Part shown: positions 8,683-17,232 of the stretch, piece after piece
Position numbering within the stretch: position 1 is the first letter of the stretch
Layout: every line of letters starts with the position of its first letter
Assembly (NCBI GenBank): GCA_965215195.1
Contig: CBDCDC010000002.1
Location: 2,624,001 to 2,688,000 of the forward strand
Length of the DNA stretch: 64,000 nucleotides
Direction: 5' to 3'
Origin: Candidatus Latescibacterota bacterium
Lineage (GTDB): Bacteria > Latescibacterota > UBA2968 > UBA8231
The notes under the pieces: generated by a model
The model's database searches: none
Told to the model about the DNA's origin: nothing
The model's input: only the letters and a program-made list of their open reading frames with translations
Translations under genes and position numbers: made by a program

Positions 8683-10038
8683 ATGGAAAGCCCATTTACA
8701 GATGCCCAGCTAGTCGCCGCCACACTGTCTGGCAGCCTTTCTGCATTCGAAGCCTTGGTTTTACTCCATCAGGATCGCCTCTATCTGCAGGCGCTGAGGT
8801 ACATGCGCACCAAGGAGGAGGCACAGGATGCTCTTCAGGACGCATTCTTGCAGGCGTTCAACCAGCTTGAGAATCTCAAGGAGCATTCTCGATTCCCATT
8901 TTGGGTGAGCCAGATACTTCGCAACATTTGCCTCAACCGGTTGAGGGACAATCGCCGCCGTCAAGCCATGTCGGTTGTCGAGGGGACGTATCCCGAAGAA
9001 CATCCAGAGCAGCCCGTTATCCGAAATGCAGCGTTCGAGGAACTGCTTTCAAGGCTTCCTGCAAAAAGCGCCCAAGCGTTTATACTGCATTATCTGGAAG
9101 GGTATTCGATTCAGGATGTGGCTCTTCAGGTACGAACGACCCCTTCAGGTGTGAAACAGCGGCTATACAGGGCGCGCAGGCAGCTTCAGGAGGAGGTCAC
9201 TCGCATGGCAAAGGACGAGAGGCGCAAGCACGATCTGCCCGAAGGATTCGCAGCACAGACCATTGTCCAACTTTTGCAACAGGGCAAGAGAGATCGATTG
9301 TACATGAGGATGGATGACGCGCGCTCCCGCTTCAGGGAAGCACTGGAGATGTCCCCGGACCATCCTGAAGCATTGATGGAGCTCGGACGGACCTATGACC
9401 CAATGCAGGGCCCAGCCGAGGAAGAGACGGCAACCCTTCAACGGGCCGCCAAAGCGGCCCCGGATTCCATAGAGGTCGCGCTCGAGCTTACCGCTGTGTG
9501 GGCGAGTGACCAAGAAAAGCAAGCCACAGCAATCGAGAAATGCCTAGCGCTGTGCAGTCTTCGGCTTGCGAAGGATCCCGATAACCTAGTTGCCCTCACT
9601 GCCCAAGCGCAGATGCTTTTGTGGAAAGGTGACTTTGAAGCGATGGAGGAGGTTGCCCGCCATGCGGTCACGTTCGCCCCAAAAGACCAGCAGTGCCTGA
9701 ATTATCTTGCTTTGTCACTAGCCCGGCAGGACCGGTGGGATGAGGCCTATCCAGTGTATGAGACGATATATGGACTAGACAAAAAGACCGTATGGGCCTA
9801 CGTTGCACTTCGGCAAATGGGGTCGTGCTTGGCATTCCACAGAGGTGATTGGGACCGGGCTGTGGGCCTGCAGGAGAAGGTGTGGAACCTTACCGGGAGA
9901 CCAAACGAGGCTAGCAACCTAATCTACTTCTATGGAAAGGCTGGGTTGGCGGAAAAGGCAAAAGCGCTGTTCGAGAAAGTCAAAGATCACCGCCATCCGG
10001 CGAGGGTTTACGAGATCGTTGGGAAAGTCGAGGATTAA
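8683..10038 (+). CDS. ECF sigma-70 factor with C-terminal TPR extension
   Basis: Region 2 EAQDALQDAFLQAF, region 4 LHYLEGYS..DVA....TPSGVKQRLYRARRQL, then TPR-like helices. Confidence 0.85.
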   Translation: MESPFTDAQLVAATLSGSLSAFEALVLLHQDRLYLQALRYMRTKEEAQDALQDAFLQAFNQLENLKEHSRFPFWVSQILRNICLNRLRDNRRRQAMSVVEGTYPEEHPEQPVIRNAAFEELLSRLPAKSAQAFILHYLEGYSIQDVALQVRTTPSGVKQRLYRARRQLQEEVTRMAKDERRKHDLPEGFAAQTIVQLLQQGKRDRLYMRMDDARSRFREALEMSPDHPEALMELGRTYDPMQGPAEEETATLQRAAKAAPDSIEVALELTAVWASDQEKQATAIEKCLALCSLRLAKDPDNLVALTAQAQMLLWKGDFEAMEEVARHAVTFAPKDQQCLNYLALSLARQDRWDEAYPVYETIYGLDKKTVWAYVALRQMGSCLAFHRGDWDRAVGLQEKVWNLTGRPNEASNLIYFYGKAGLAEKAKALFEKVKDHRHPARVYEIVGKVED

Positions 10039-10040
10039 AT

Positions 10041-11444
10041 ATGAATCGACCCAACATCGTCTTCATCCTCAGCGACGACCAAGGCCCTTGGGCCGCCGGC
10101 TGTTACGGCAACGCGGAAATCCGCACCCCGGCTATTGACCGCATCGCCCAGACCGGCATGCGCTTTGACAATTTCTTCGTCGCAACGCCGGTCTGCTCGC
10201 CCAGCCGCGCGACTTTTTTGACCGGGCGGATCCCTTCGCAGCACGGGGTCCACGACTGGATCAGAGAAGGCAATGTCGGCACGTCCGCAGCCGCTTATCT
10301 CGCAGGAGAAGTGGCTTATACCGACATCCTCGCGGCAAATGGCTGGGTCTGCGGGCTGAGCGGCAAGTGGCACCTCGGGCACAGCCAACTCGCCCAGCAC
10401 GGCTTCGCGCATTGGTACGTGCATCAGCAGGGCGGCGGGCTGTACAACGACGCGCCCATGATCCGCGACGGTGAGCTGATCACCGAGCCGGGCTACGTGA
10501 CCACGGCGATCACCAACGACGCACTGGCGTTTATCGATCGGCACGCCGACGGCGACGCACCTTTTTACCTGGGCGTACACTACACTGCGCCGCACAGTCC
10601 GTGGACTGGCCACCCGCAGGAGATCGTCGATTCCTATGACAACTGCGCGTTCGACTCCTGTCCGCAGGAAGCGATCCACCCTTGGGCGGTGGGCCATCCC
10701 CTGAGCGAAAACTGCTTGGGCAACCGCGAAATGCTCAAGGGCTATTTCGCGGCGGTGACGGCCATGGACCGCGACATCGGGCGGATCATCGACAAGCTAA
10801 AGGAACGGGGGCTGCGCGAGGACACGCTCATAGTCTTTGCCAGCGACAATGGCTTTAGCTGCGGCCACCACGGCTTCTGGGGCAAGGGCAATGGGACCTA
10901 CCCGCCGAACATGTACGAGAATTCGATCAAGGTGCCCTTCGTCGTCAGCCACCCCGGCCGCATACCTGCGGAGAGCGTCCAAAAGGGCATGGTCAGCGCC
11001 TACGACTTTATGCCGACCTTGCTCGACTATCTAGGACTGCCGCTGCCGGAGGACCTCAACCTGCCCGGACAAAGCGCACTGCCGCTGTTGTTGGGAGCAG
11101 ACGACACCGGCCGGCCGGAGGTGGTGATCTACGACGAGTACGGGGCGACGCGGATGATGCGCACCGAGGAATGGAAATACGTCCATCGCTACCCAGACGG
11201 GCCACACGAGCTCTACGACCTAGCCAACGACCCGGACGAGCGCACCAATTTAGCGGACGATCCCAGCCAAGCCGAGCGAGTGGGCGACCTGAAGCAGCGA
11301 CTCGAAGCGTGGTACGAACGCTACGCAGTGCCCGAGCGCGACGGTCGCAACTACGCGGTAACGGGCAAAGGGCAGCTCAGACCAGTGGGCGACCAGTGGG
11401 AAGACCCCGCGACCAGCAAAAATCAACCTTTCGCGCAGGAATAG
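10041..11444 (+). CDS. Sulfatase (choline-sulfatase/arylsulfatase family)
   Basis: RPNIVFILSDDQG, CSPSRA.FLTG formylglycine motif, GKWHLG, SDNG, ELYDL..DP.E..NLA. Confidence 0.95.
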   Translation: MNRPNIVFILSDDQGPWAAGCYGNAEIRTPAIDRIAQTGMRFDNFFVATPVCSPSRATFLTGRIPSQHGVHDWIREGNVGTSAAAYLAGEVAYTDILAANGWVCGLSGKWHLGHSQLAQHGFAHWYVHQQGGGLYNDAPMIRDGELITEPGYVTTAITNDALAFIDRHADGDAPFYLGVHYTAPHSPWTGHPQEIVDSYDNCAFDSCPQEAIHPWAVGHPLSENCLGNREMLKGYFAAVTAMDRDIGRIIDKLKERGLREDTLIVFASDNGFSCGHHGFWGKGNGTYPPNMYENSIKVPFVVSHPGRIPAESVQKGMVSAYDFMPTLLDYLGLPLPEDLNLPGQSALPLLLGADDTGRPEVVIYDEYGATRMMRTEEWKYVHRYPDGPHELYDLANDPDERTNLADDPSQAERVGDLKQRLEAWYERYAVPERDGRNYAVTGKGQLRPVGDQWEDPATSKNQPFAQE

Positions 11445-11446
11445 AT

Positions 11447-11474
11447 GTAGGGGCGATTCCGCGAATCGCCCTAC
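11447..11474 (+). repeat. GTAG-type REP-like palindrome
   Basis: GTAGGGGCGATTCCGCGAATCGCCCTAC just after the sulfatase stop. Confidence 0.65.
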
Positions 11475-11635
11475 CCGTTAGACGTACCACAAGCGGCCGG
11501 AAAGTCAATTCGTTGGAACAGATGCCCTTGTGGCGTCCGTTGTTTAGACCAGCGCAGGAGCCGATCCCCATGAGAGCGGTGGACTTAGCCCAATAAAGCC
11601 AAGAATTACATACAGTTAATCGTATTGGCAAAAAC

Positions 11636-11664
11636 TTGACGCTCACCTAGCCGTTGATTAAATC
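11636..11664 (+). promoter_or_regulatory. Putative sigma-70 promoter of the sORF-MNT-HEPN operon
   Basis: TTGACG-N17-TAAATC. Confidence 0.45.
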
Positions 11665-11671
11665 AAACAGC

Positions 11672-11773
11672 ATGTCCATCGCCAATCTCCGCTCCCTGTG
11701 GCGCACTGTCGCCCTCTTGGCCTTCGCGTCGCTCGAGACCCTCTTCGACCGCGCTGGCTTCAATCCCATCTGA
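11672..11773 (+). CDS. Putative 33-aa small ORF, possibly leaderless, coupled to MNT
   Basis: MSIANLRSLWRTVALLAFASLETLFDRAGFNPI; TGATG overlap with the next start. Confidence 0.35.
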   Translation: MSIANLRSLWRTVALLAFASLETLFDRAGFNPI

Positions 11774-12126
11774 TGAAGGCGACACTGCCCGGGACCCAAG
11801 TCACCGACGCACTCATCGAGCAGATGGTGCAGGCCATCGTCGCCGAAGTCGATCCCGAGCAGGTGATCCTGTTCGGCTCCCGCGGCCGGGGCGACGAGCG
11901 GGAAAATTCGGACGTCGATCTGATCGTCGTGGAAGCCGAACCCTTCGGGGCGGGGCGCAGTCGCCACCAAGAACTGGTCCGACTCTACCACGCGCTCGCG
12001 GGATTTTCCGTCCCGGCCGATATCTTGGTCTATTCCCATGCAGACGTCGCTTACTGGCGCGATTCCCTCAACCACGTTTTGGCGCGGGCACTGCGAGAGG
12101 GGAAGGTGCTTTATGAGCGACGTTAA
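11773..12126 (+). CDS. Minimal nucleotidyltransferase (MNT) antitoxin
   Basis: PEQVILFGSRGRGD...SDVDLIVV; ends ALREGKVLYER. Confidence 0.9.
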   Translation: MKATLPGTQVTDALIEQMVQAIVAEVDPEQVILFGSRGRGDERENSDVDLIVVEAEPFGAGRSRHQELVRLYHALAGFSVPADILVYSHADVAYWRDSLNHVLARALREGKVLYERR

Positions 12127-12499
12127 ATGTGCAAGGGTGATGTTGCAGGCCGCCGAGCGCGACCTCCTTACGCTGCGGGGCATGACGGCTGGTGTGCCGG
12201 AAGAGTCGTTTGGATTCCACGTGCAGCAAGCGGCCGAGAAGTCGTTCAAAGCATGGCTCGCCCTGCGGGGTGCGACGTATCCTCTCACGCACAACTTGGA
12301 GTTGCTGCTGGATCGCCTCGTCGCCCAAGGCGTTGCGACGCAGCCTTTCGAGAAGCTGATCGGATACACCCCATACGCTGTCGAGTTTCGCTATGAGGGT
12401 ATCGGCTCAAGTACCGAGGTGATTGATCGGGAAGGGGTGCTTACCCTCGTCGAAGCACTGCTCGGACGGGTTCGGGGGGAGTTTACAGAGGCGGTCTGA
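12113..12499 (+). CDS. HEPN domain protein (MNT partner)
   Basis: FHVQQAAEK.FKAWL, YP.THNL..LL, YAVEFRY; overlaps the MNT stop. Confidence 0.9.
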   Translation: MSDVKCARVMLQAAERDLLTLRGMTAGVPEESFGFHVQQAAEKSFKAWLALRGATYPLTHNLELLLDRLVAQGVATQPFEKLIGYTPYAVEFRYEGIGSSTEVIDREGVLTLVEALLGRVRGEFTEAV

Positions 12500-12563
12500 A
12501 CGTGCCGGCGGCACTCGACGCGGCGCGGCCAGCGGACGTTGCCAGACCGCCTCTACGAAGTGG

Positions 12564-13205
12564 TTAGGGCAGCGCGTCAATGCGCCACCTTGAGGTGTTC
12601 GCAATTCGGCTGGCTTGGAACCCGTCGCGATCTATGCGGCGGCCCGAATTGGTGCTGGCTATTGATTCCAAAACGCTCTCCCCTAAGACCTGCTTCTCGA
12701 AGCGATCGTAATACCCTCTCCCATCGGCCTTCACCTTGAAGCGATAATACCCTCTCCCATCGGCCTGCCCCTCAACGTGCTTGCGGCTGACATCAACGGT
12801 GCAACTCTCCCCCGGACTCAACTCCAACCCCACAGAACAGGCCACCATCTCCGCGCCGATCGGCTGTCCAATCCCCTCCGGCAACGCCGGGTCGGAGGGA
12901 TTGGAGATATAGGCTATAAGCAGCCGCACGTCGGTCGAATCGGTCCGACCATCGGCGTTGACATCGCCCAAGGCAATGTCGATTTGGTTGGGAATGGGAA
13001 TGGGCGAATCGGAGCCATACATCGCCCACACCACATCCATCACATCCACGCGCCCGTTGTCGTCAACATCCCCCAAAATACCGCCGGTCATCCCAGCGAC
13101 GACCGGGGCCGACACTGCCAGCCCGACGACAACGGAAAGTAAAGCGTTCATAAGGATAGTCCTTTCTTTGCGGAATCCGACGACAACGGAAAGTAAGGTG
13201 TTCAT
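12564..13205 (-). CDS. Secreted dockerin type I-like protein
   Basis: Signal peptide, paired GDVDDNGRVDVMD / GDVNADGRTDSTDV motifs; alternative start at 13151. Confidence 0.75.
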   Translation of the reverse strand: MNTLLSVVVGFRKERTILMNALLSVVVGLAVSAPVVAGMTGGILGDVDDNGRVDVMDVVWAMYGSDSPIPIPNQIDIALGDVNADGRTDSTDVRLLIAYISNPSDPALPEGIGQPIGAEMVACSVGLELSPGESCTVDVSRKHVEGQADGRGYYRFKVKADGRGYYDRFEKQVLGESVLESIASTNSGRRIDRDGFQASRIANTSRWRIDALP

Positions 13206-13223
13206 AAGGATGGTCCTTTCTTT
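13123..13223. repeat. 54-bp tandem duplication of RBS, start codon and first codons
   Basis: KERTILMN(T/A)LLSVVVG encoded twice; AAAGAAAGGA..ATG at 13205 and 13151 on the minus strand. Confidence 0.9.
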
Positions 13224-13354
13224 AATGGGGGCCAGCCGCTCGGTCGGCTGCAACCCCCGGGTGGAATGTTGGGGGGGCACTTAGGCAGGACGCCCCCACC
13301 AAGGGCAAGAGAGCCGAGATGCCGTTGCTTTCAAGGCGCAACATAGGGTTTTCA

Positions 13355-15865
13355 TTATCGCGAGACCCTAACGCCTGCTGCTTCGAGGGCGGGGATGTGT
13401 GTGAGCAGTGAAGCCTCATTGAGGGTAGTGATGCCCCGCAGGTCCAGATATGCCAAGTTGGTCAGGCTCAACAACGGACTCACATCCGTAATTGAGGTGG
13501 CACCCAGCCTCAGGTCGGTCAGGCTGGTCAGGCTCGACGCCAACGAACTCACCCCTGTATCCGTAATGCCGGTGCCACCTAGCTCCAGCCATTCCAAGTT
13601 GGTCAGGGTCGACGCCAACGAACTCACCCCCGTATCCGTAATGCCGGTGCCATCTAGGTCCAGCGTTTCCAAGTTGGTCAGGGTCGTCAACGAAGCCACC
13701 CCCGCATCCGTAATAGCGGTGGCTCGCAGCCCCAAGTATTCCAAGTTGGTCAGGGTCGTCAACGAAGCCACCCCCGTATCCGTAATGCCGGTGCCACCTA
13801 GGCTCAGCCATTCCAAGTTAGTCAGGGTCGTCAACGAAGCCACCCCCGCATCCGTAATGCCGGTGCCACCTAGGCCCAGCGTTTCCAAGTTAGTCAGGGT
13901 CGTCAACGAAGCCACCCCCGCATCCGTAATGCCGGTGCCACCTAGGTGCAGCCATTCCAAGTTAGTCAGGGTCGTCAACGAAGCCACCCCCGCATCCGTA
14001 ATGCCGGTGAAACCTAGGTCCAGCGTTTCCAAGTTAGTCAGGGTCGTCAACGGACTCACATCCGCAAGATCTTGGTTGCTGCTCAGGTCCAGCCTAGTCA
14101 GCGCCGTAGCGTTTTCGAGGCCGGTCAAGTTCTGAATGTTTAGGCTGCTTGCCTCGAGCTCCGTTAGGGATTCCAGATCGGTGGCTGTAAGCGCGCCTGT
14201 CGGTTGATTCAGCGCTTGCCGCACCGCACCCTCCAGATTTGCGTCGGCGAAGAACATCTCTGGCACGGAGGGCCTTCCGTCCACTCTGTAGTTCGTGCCA
14301 GAGGACACACTCCACGAAAGGTCTGCGTCGTTTCCTGCCTCATCGGTTATGGAAGACCCGATTGGAATAATCAAAGTCCCCGCGCGAACCCATATCACCC
14401 CGTCGAAGTCGAAGTCGTCCGCTTGGACCGTGTATGCGAAGTATAGCCGCCTGCCGGAGCTCTCGTCATACTCCGCCGGACGAGGATCACTGCCGAAACT
14501 GCCTATTTCGACTCCTATTGTCGGGCTTCCGCCCGCCGTGTCCACAATGAGGTTTTCAGAGAACTCAGCCATCACCCATATCACTTCGTCCCTGCGGAAC
14601 GTGTGTCCGTCCTCCGGAACGCTTACGATATCAGGCGTCCCACTAAGCTGTGGTGGAGTCATATCCGCAAGGCTGCCGTCAACTCGGTGGTTAGCCTGAG
14701 ATGGAACCGCCGCGTGGGAAAGGTCAACATTAACCCCGGATTCGAACCGTATCGCATTGGCCGCAATGCTCACTCCATCGCCGTCCATGTCGTCCGCACT
14801 AACTTGGTACTCGAAGCTCGTGGTGCGCCCGTCGATGCCGAGGCCGCACCGCCTAGCCCACGCATTCCTGACCACAGCTAGACCGCTGCCGGTCTGAAAC
14901 GTGAGTTCAATGTAACCACTGCGACAAACTAGCTGGCTAAAGCCGACCTCAATTTCGATGATGTCGTTTTCTGCATAGGTATCCACTGCGTTATCTTCGT
15001 CAGAATCCCTACTCGGAATCGAGACGATCGTTGGGCCTCTCGTAATGTACGCCAGTGGTTGCGGTTCGGGTTGCGGTTCGGGTTGCGGTTGGACGGCCGG
15101 TTCGGGTTGCGATAGGACCAGTGAGACAGTGACGTCCTTTTCTACCAAGGTGGGAACTTGGTCGGCGAGGTCAGAGCCTCGAATGCCAGTATCCACCAAG
15201 CCCAGCCAGTCTAAAGCGGTCAGGCTATCCAATGGAGCCACATCTTCCACCTGAGTTTTGCTCAGATTCAGCATACGCAAGTCGGTCAACCCCGCCAACG
15301 GAGCCACCTCTGCCACCTCGTTGCCCCACAGGTTCAGGAAGGTCAGGTCAGTCAGCCCGGCCAACGGACTCACATCCGCCACCTCGTTGCCCCACAGACT
15401 GAGCCATCGCAGGTTGGTCAACCCCGCCAACGGAGCCACATCCGTCACCTGATTGTCGCCCAAGTTCAGAAAGGTCAGGTTGGTCAACCCCGCCAACGGA
15501 CTCAAATCCGAAATCTGGTTGCCATACAGGTTCAGCGTGTCTAGCGCCGTCGCGTGTTCGAGGCCGGCCAAGCTGTGAATGGTCGGCACGTCTTGCCATT
15601 CTACGTCCAGCCGCGTCAGGGAGGCCAGATCGTCGGTGGTCAGCGGCCCTTCGGGTTTTTTCAGGGTTCGCCGCACCGCCAGCTCCAGATTGGCGTCGGC
15701 AAACGAGACGACGGCTGGCGCGGTACTATCGGCGTCGGCCGACGCGGTGGCTTTGCCCACCGGCTCCGGGGCCGTCGGCGGCTGGTCGGCACAGGCCATC
15801 CAAGTAATCACTACGCCTACAACGACGAAAACCCGCATGGCTTTGGTGCGCTTCACTAATGGCAT
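13355..15865 (-). CDS. Leucine-rich repeat lipoprotein: two LRR blocks flanking two Ig-like repeats
   Basis: GGAGG RBS; lipobox-like WMAC; 22-aa internalin-like LRRs; 24/25-aa LRRs (LExLxLGGTGITDAGVASLTTLTN); both blocks capped by FADANLExAVR. Confidence 0.9.
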   Translation of the reverse strand: MPLVKRTKAMRVFVVVGVVITWMACADQPPTAPEPVGKATASADADSTAPAVVSFADANLELAVRRTLKKPEGPLTTDDLASLTRLDVEWQDVPTIHSLAGLEHATALDTLNLYGNQISDLSPLAGLTNLTFLNLGDNQVTDVAPLAGLTNLRWLSLWGNEVADVSPLAGLTDLTFLNLWGNEVAEVAPLAGLTDLRMLNLSKTQVEDVAPLDSLTALDWLGLVDTGIRGSDLADQVPTLVEKDVTVSLVLSQPEPAVQPQPEPQPEPQPLAYITRGPTIVSIPSRDSDEDNAVDTYAENDIIEIEVGFSQLVCRSGYIELTFQTGSGLAVVRNAWARRCGLGIDGRTTSFEYQVSADDMDGDGVSIAANAIRFESGVNVDLSHAAVPSQANHRVDGSLADMTPPQLSGTPDIVSVPEDGHTFRRDEVIWVMAEFSENLIVDTAGGSPTIGVEIGSFGSDPRPAEYDESSGRRLYFAYTVQADDFDFDGVIWVRAGTLIIPIGSSITDEAGNDADLSWSVSSGTNYRVDGRPSVPEMFFADANLEGAVRQALNQPTGALTATDLESLTELEASSLNIQNLTGLENATALTRLDLSSNQDLADVSPLTTLTNLETLDLGFTGITDAGVASLTTLTNLEWLHLGGTGITDAGVASLTTLTNLETLGLGGTGITDAGVASLTTLTNLEWLSLGGTGITDTGVASLTTLTNLEYLGLRATAITDAGVASLTTLTNLETLDLDGTGITDTGVSSLASTLTNLEWLELGGTGITDTGVSSLASSLTSLTDLRLGATSITDVSPLLSLTNLAYLDLRGITTLNEASLLTHIPALEAAGVRVSR
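13520..14050. repeat. Near-identical 72/75-bp tandem repeats encoding the C-terminal LRRs
   Basis: Repeated GTCAGGGTCGTCAACGAAGCCACCCCCGCATCCGTAATGCCGGTG. Confidence 0.9.
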
Positions 15866-16103
15866 TGTTTGCCTCCTGCTAAAAAGCTGTGAAGGGGGGA
15901 TAGAATGAGGAACATGAGTCGTCCGCCTTGGCAGACGACGGCACCGGCGTACAGACGAATGCCGCCCGGGCAGCGTGAGCCTTGTCCCGTGCGGCGAGGG
16001 TAGAGACGTCTAGACCGGACGGATCGCCAAACGTCGGCTTGGGATCCGTCGCTGATGCTTGATCAGTAGAGAATGTAGCGCTTAGCGCTCGCGAAGAATT
16101 TGT

Positions 16104-16120
16104 GGGGGGGGGGGGGGGGG
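16104..16120. repeat. G17 homopolymer (C17 on the minus strand)
   Basis: 17 consecutive G about 240 bp upstream of the LRR gene start. Confidence 0.85.
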
Positions 16121-16288
16121 TAAGTTGTTGTTTTTTAAGGACTTACGTAACATTGAGTCGGCGAAAATTCCAAGCACCCAACACGGCTCGGCCACCATAG
16201 CAAGACCCCGGTCTGATATAGAATGCTCAACCATGTTCTCGTTTGTCCTCCAACTGGCGGCACAAAACAGGCCGCAAACGCGCCGTTT

Positions 16289-16316
16289 ACAATACGCCAT
16301 AAAAACAACGTGTCAA
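16289..16316 (-). promoter_or_regulatory. Putative sigma-70 promoter for the LRR gene
   Basis: Minus strand TTGACA-N16-TATTGT. Confidence 0.45.
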
Positions 16317-16385
16317 GAAAAATTTCAAAAATGTCACGCTTTAGTCGCCTGCGGCCACTCGCTCTACATTGTCAAATGAGTCTTT

Positions 16386-17231
16386 TCACTCCGGCAACAC
16401 ACTCCGCGCCGGCACAAATCCCAACTCCGCTTTAATCCGCGCAATATCATACACCGGATCCCGCTCGTGCCCCGTCCGCCCATAGTGCGCCATGTCGATC
16501 CCCGCCGCATCTGCCCCATACCAAATCCGCATCAACTCCGGCACCGTACAGGCCACACAGGCCTGCGGCCCCACCGCGTTCAAAATCCGCACCCCCGCCT
16601 TGGGTGCGCTCTCGGCCGCCAGCCGGAAGCACCGCACCGCATCGCTCAAATACATAGGCGAAATCGCCCCCATTCCCCACGGCCCCACCGGCCCCGGCTG
16701 CCGGGGCACCGGTATCCTGTCCTCGGGCCAAATCGAAGCCAGCCTAATGTTGATAAGGTCTAGGCCCTCCCGCTGCCGCGCCAGATAGCGGGTCGTCTCC
16801 TCCATCATGTACTTGGAAAAACCGTAGCCGTCGCGGTCGAGACACGGATGCTCATCCGACATCGGCAGTTCGAGCGGCCGAAAACGCACCGACTGCATCC
16901 CGACCGCCGCGATCGACGAGGCCAATGCGAATTTGCTGCAACCCCGATCGATCAGATAGCGCAACAAGCCGTAGGTCCCCATGACATTGACCCGCATGAG
17001 ATCCGCTTCGGCACCCGCGCCCGTCACCGCCCCCAGATGGACCAGCGCGTCGAAGTCCCACCGGTCCAACCGATGCAGATCCTCCACCTGCGAAAAATCT
17101 CCAACCACCACCGCCACTCCCGCGACCTCGGTCGGCTGGCGCGACAGACAAACCACCTCGTGCTCCGCCGCCATATCCGCGGCGAACGCTCGACCGATAA
17201 AACCGCTCGCTCCCGTAATCAATACGCGCAT
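16386..17231 (-). CDS. NAD-dependent epimerase/dehydratase
   Basis: VLITGASGFIG, ASSIAA, YGFSK (YxxxK). Confidence 0.9.
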   Translation of the reverse strand: MRVLITGASGFIGRAFAADMAAEHEVVCLSRQPTEVAGVAVVVGDFSQVEDLHRLDRWDFDALVHLGAVTGAGAEADLMRVNVMGTYGLLRYLIDRGCSKFALASSIAAVGMQSVRFRPLELPMSDEHPCLDRDGYGFSKYMMEETTRYLARQREGLDLINIRLASIWPEDRIPVPRQPGPVGPWGMGAISPMYLSDAVRCFRLAAESAPKAGVRILNAVGPQACVACTVPELMRIWYGADAAGIDMAHYGRTGHERDPVYDIARIKAELGFVPARSVLPE

Positions 17232-17232
17232 C

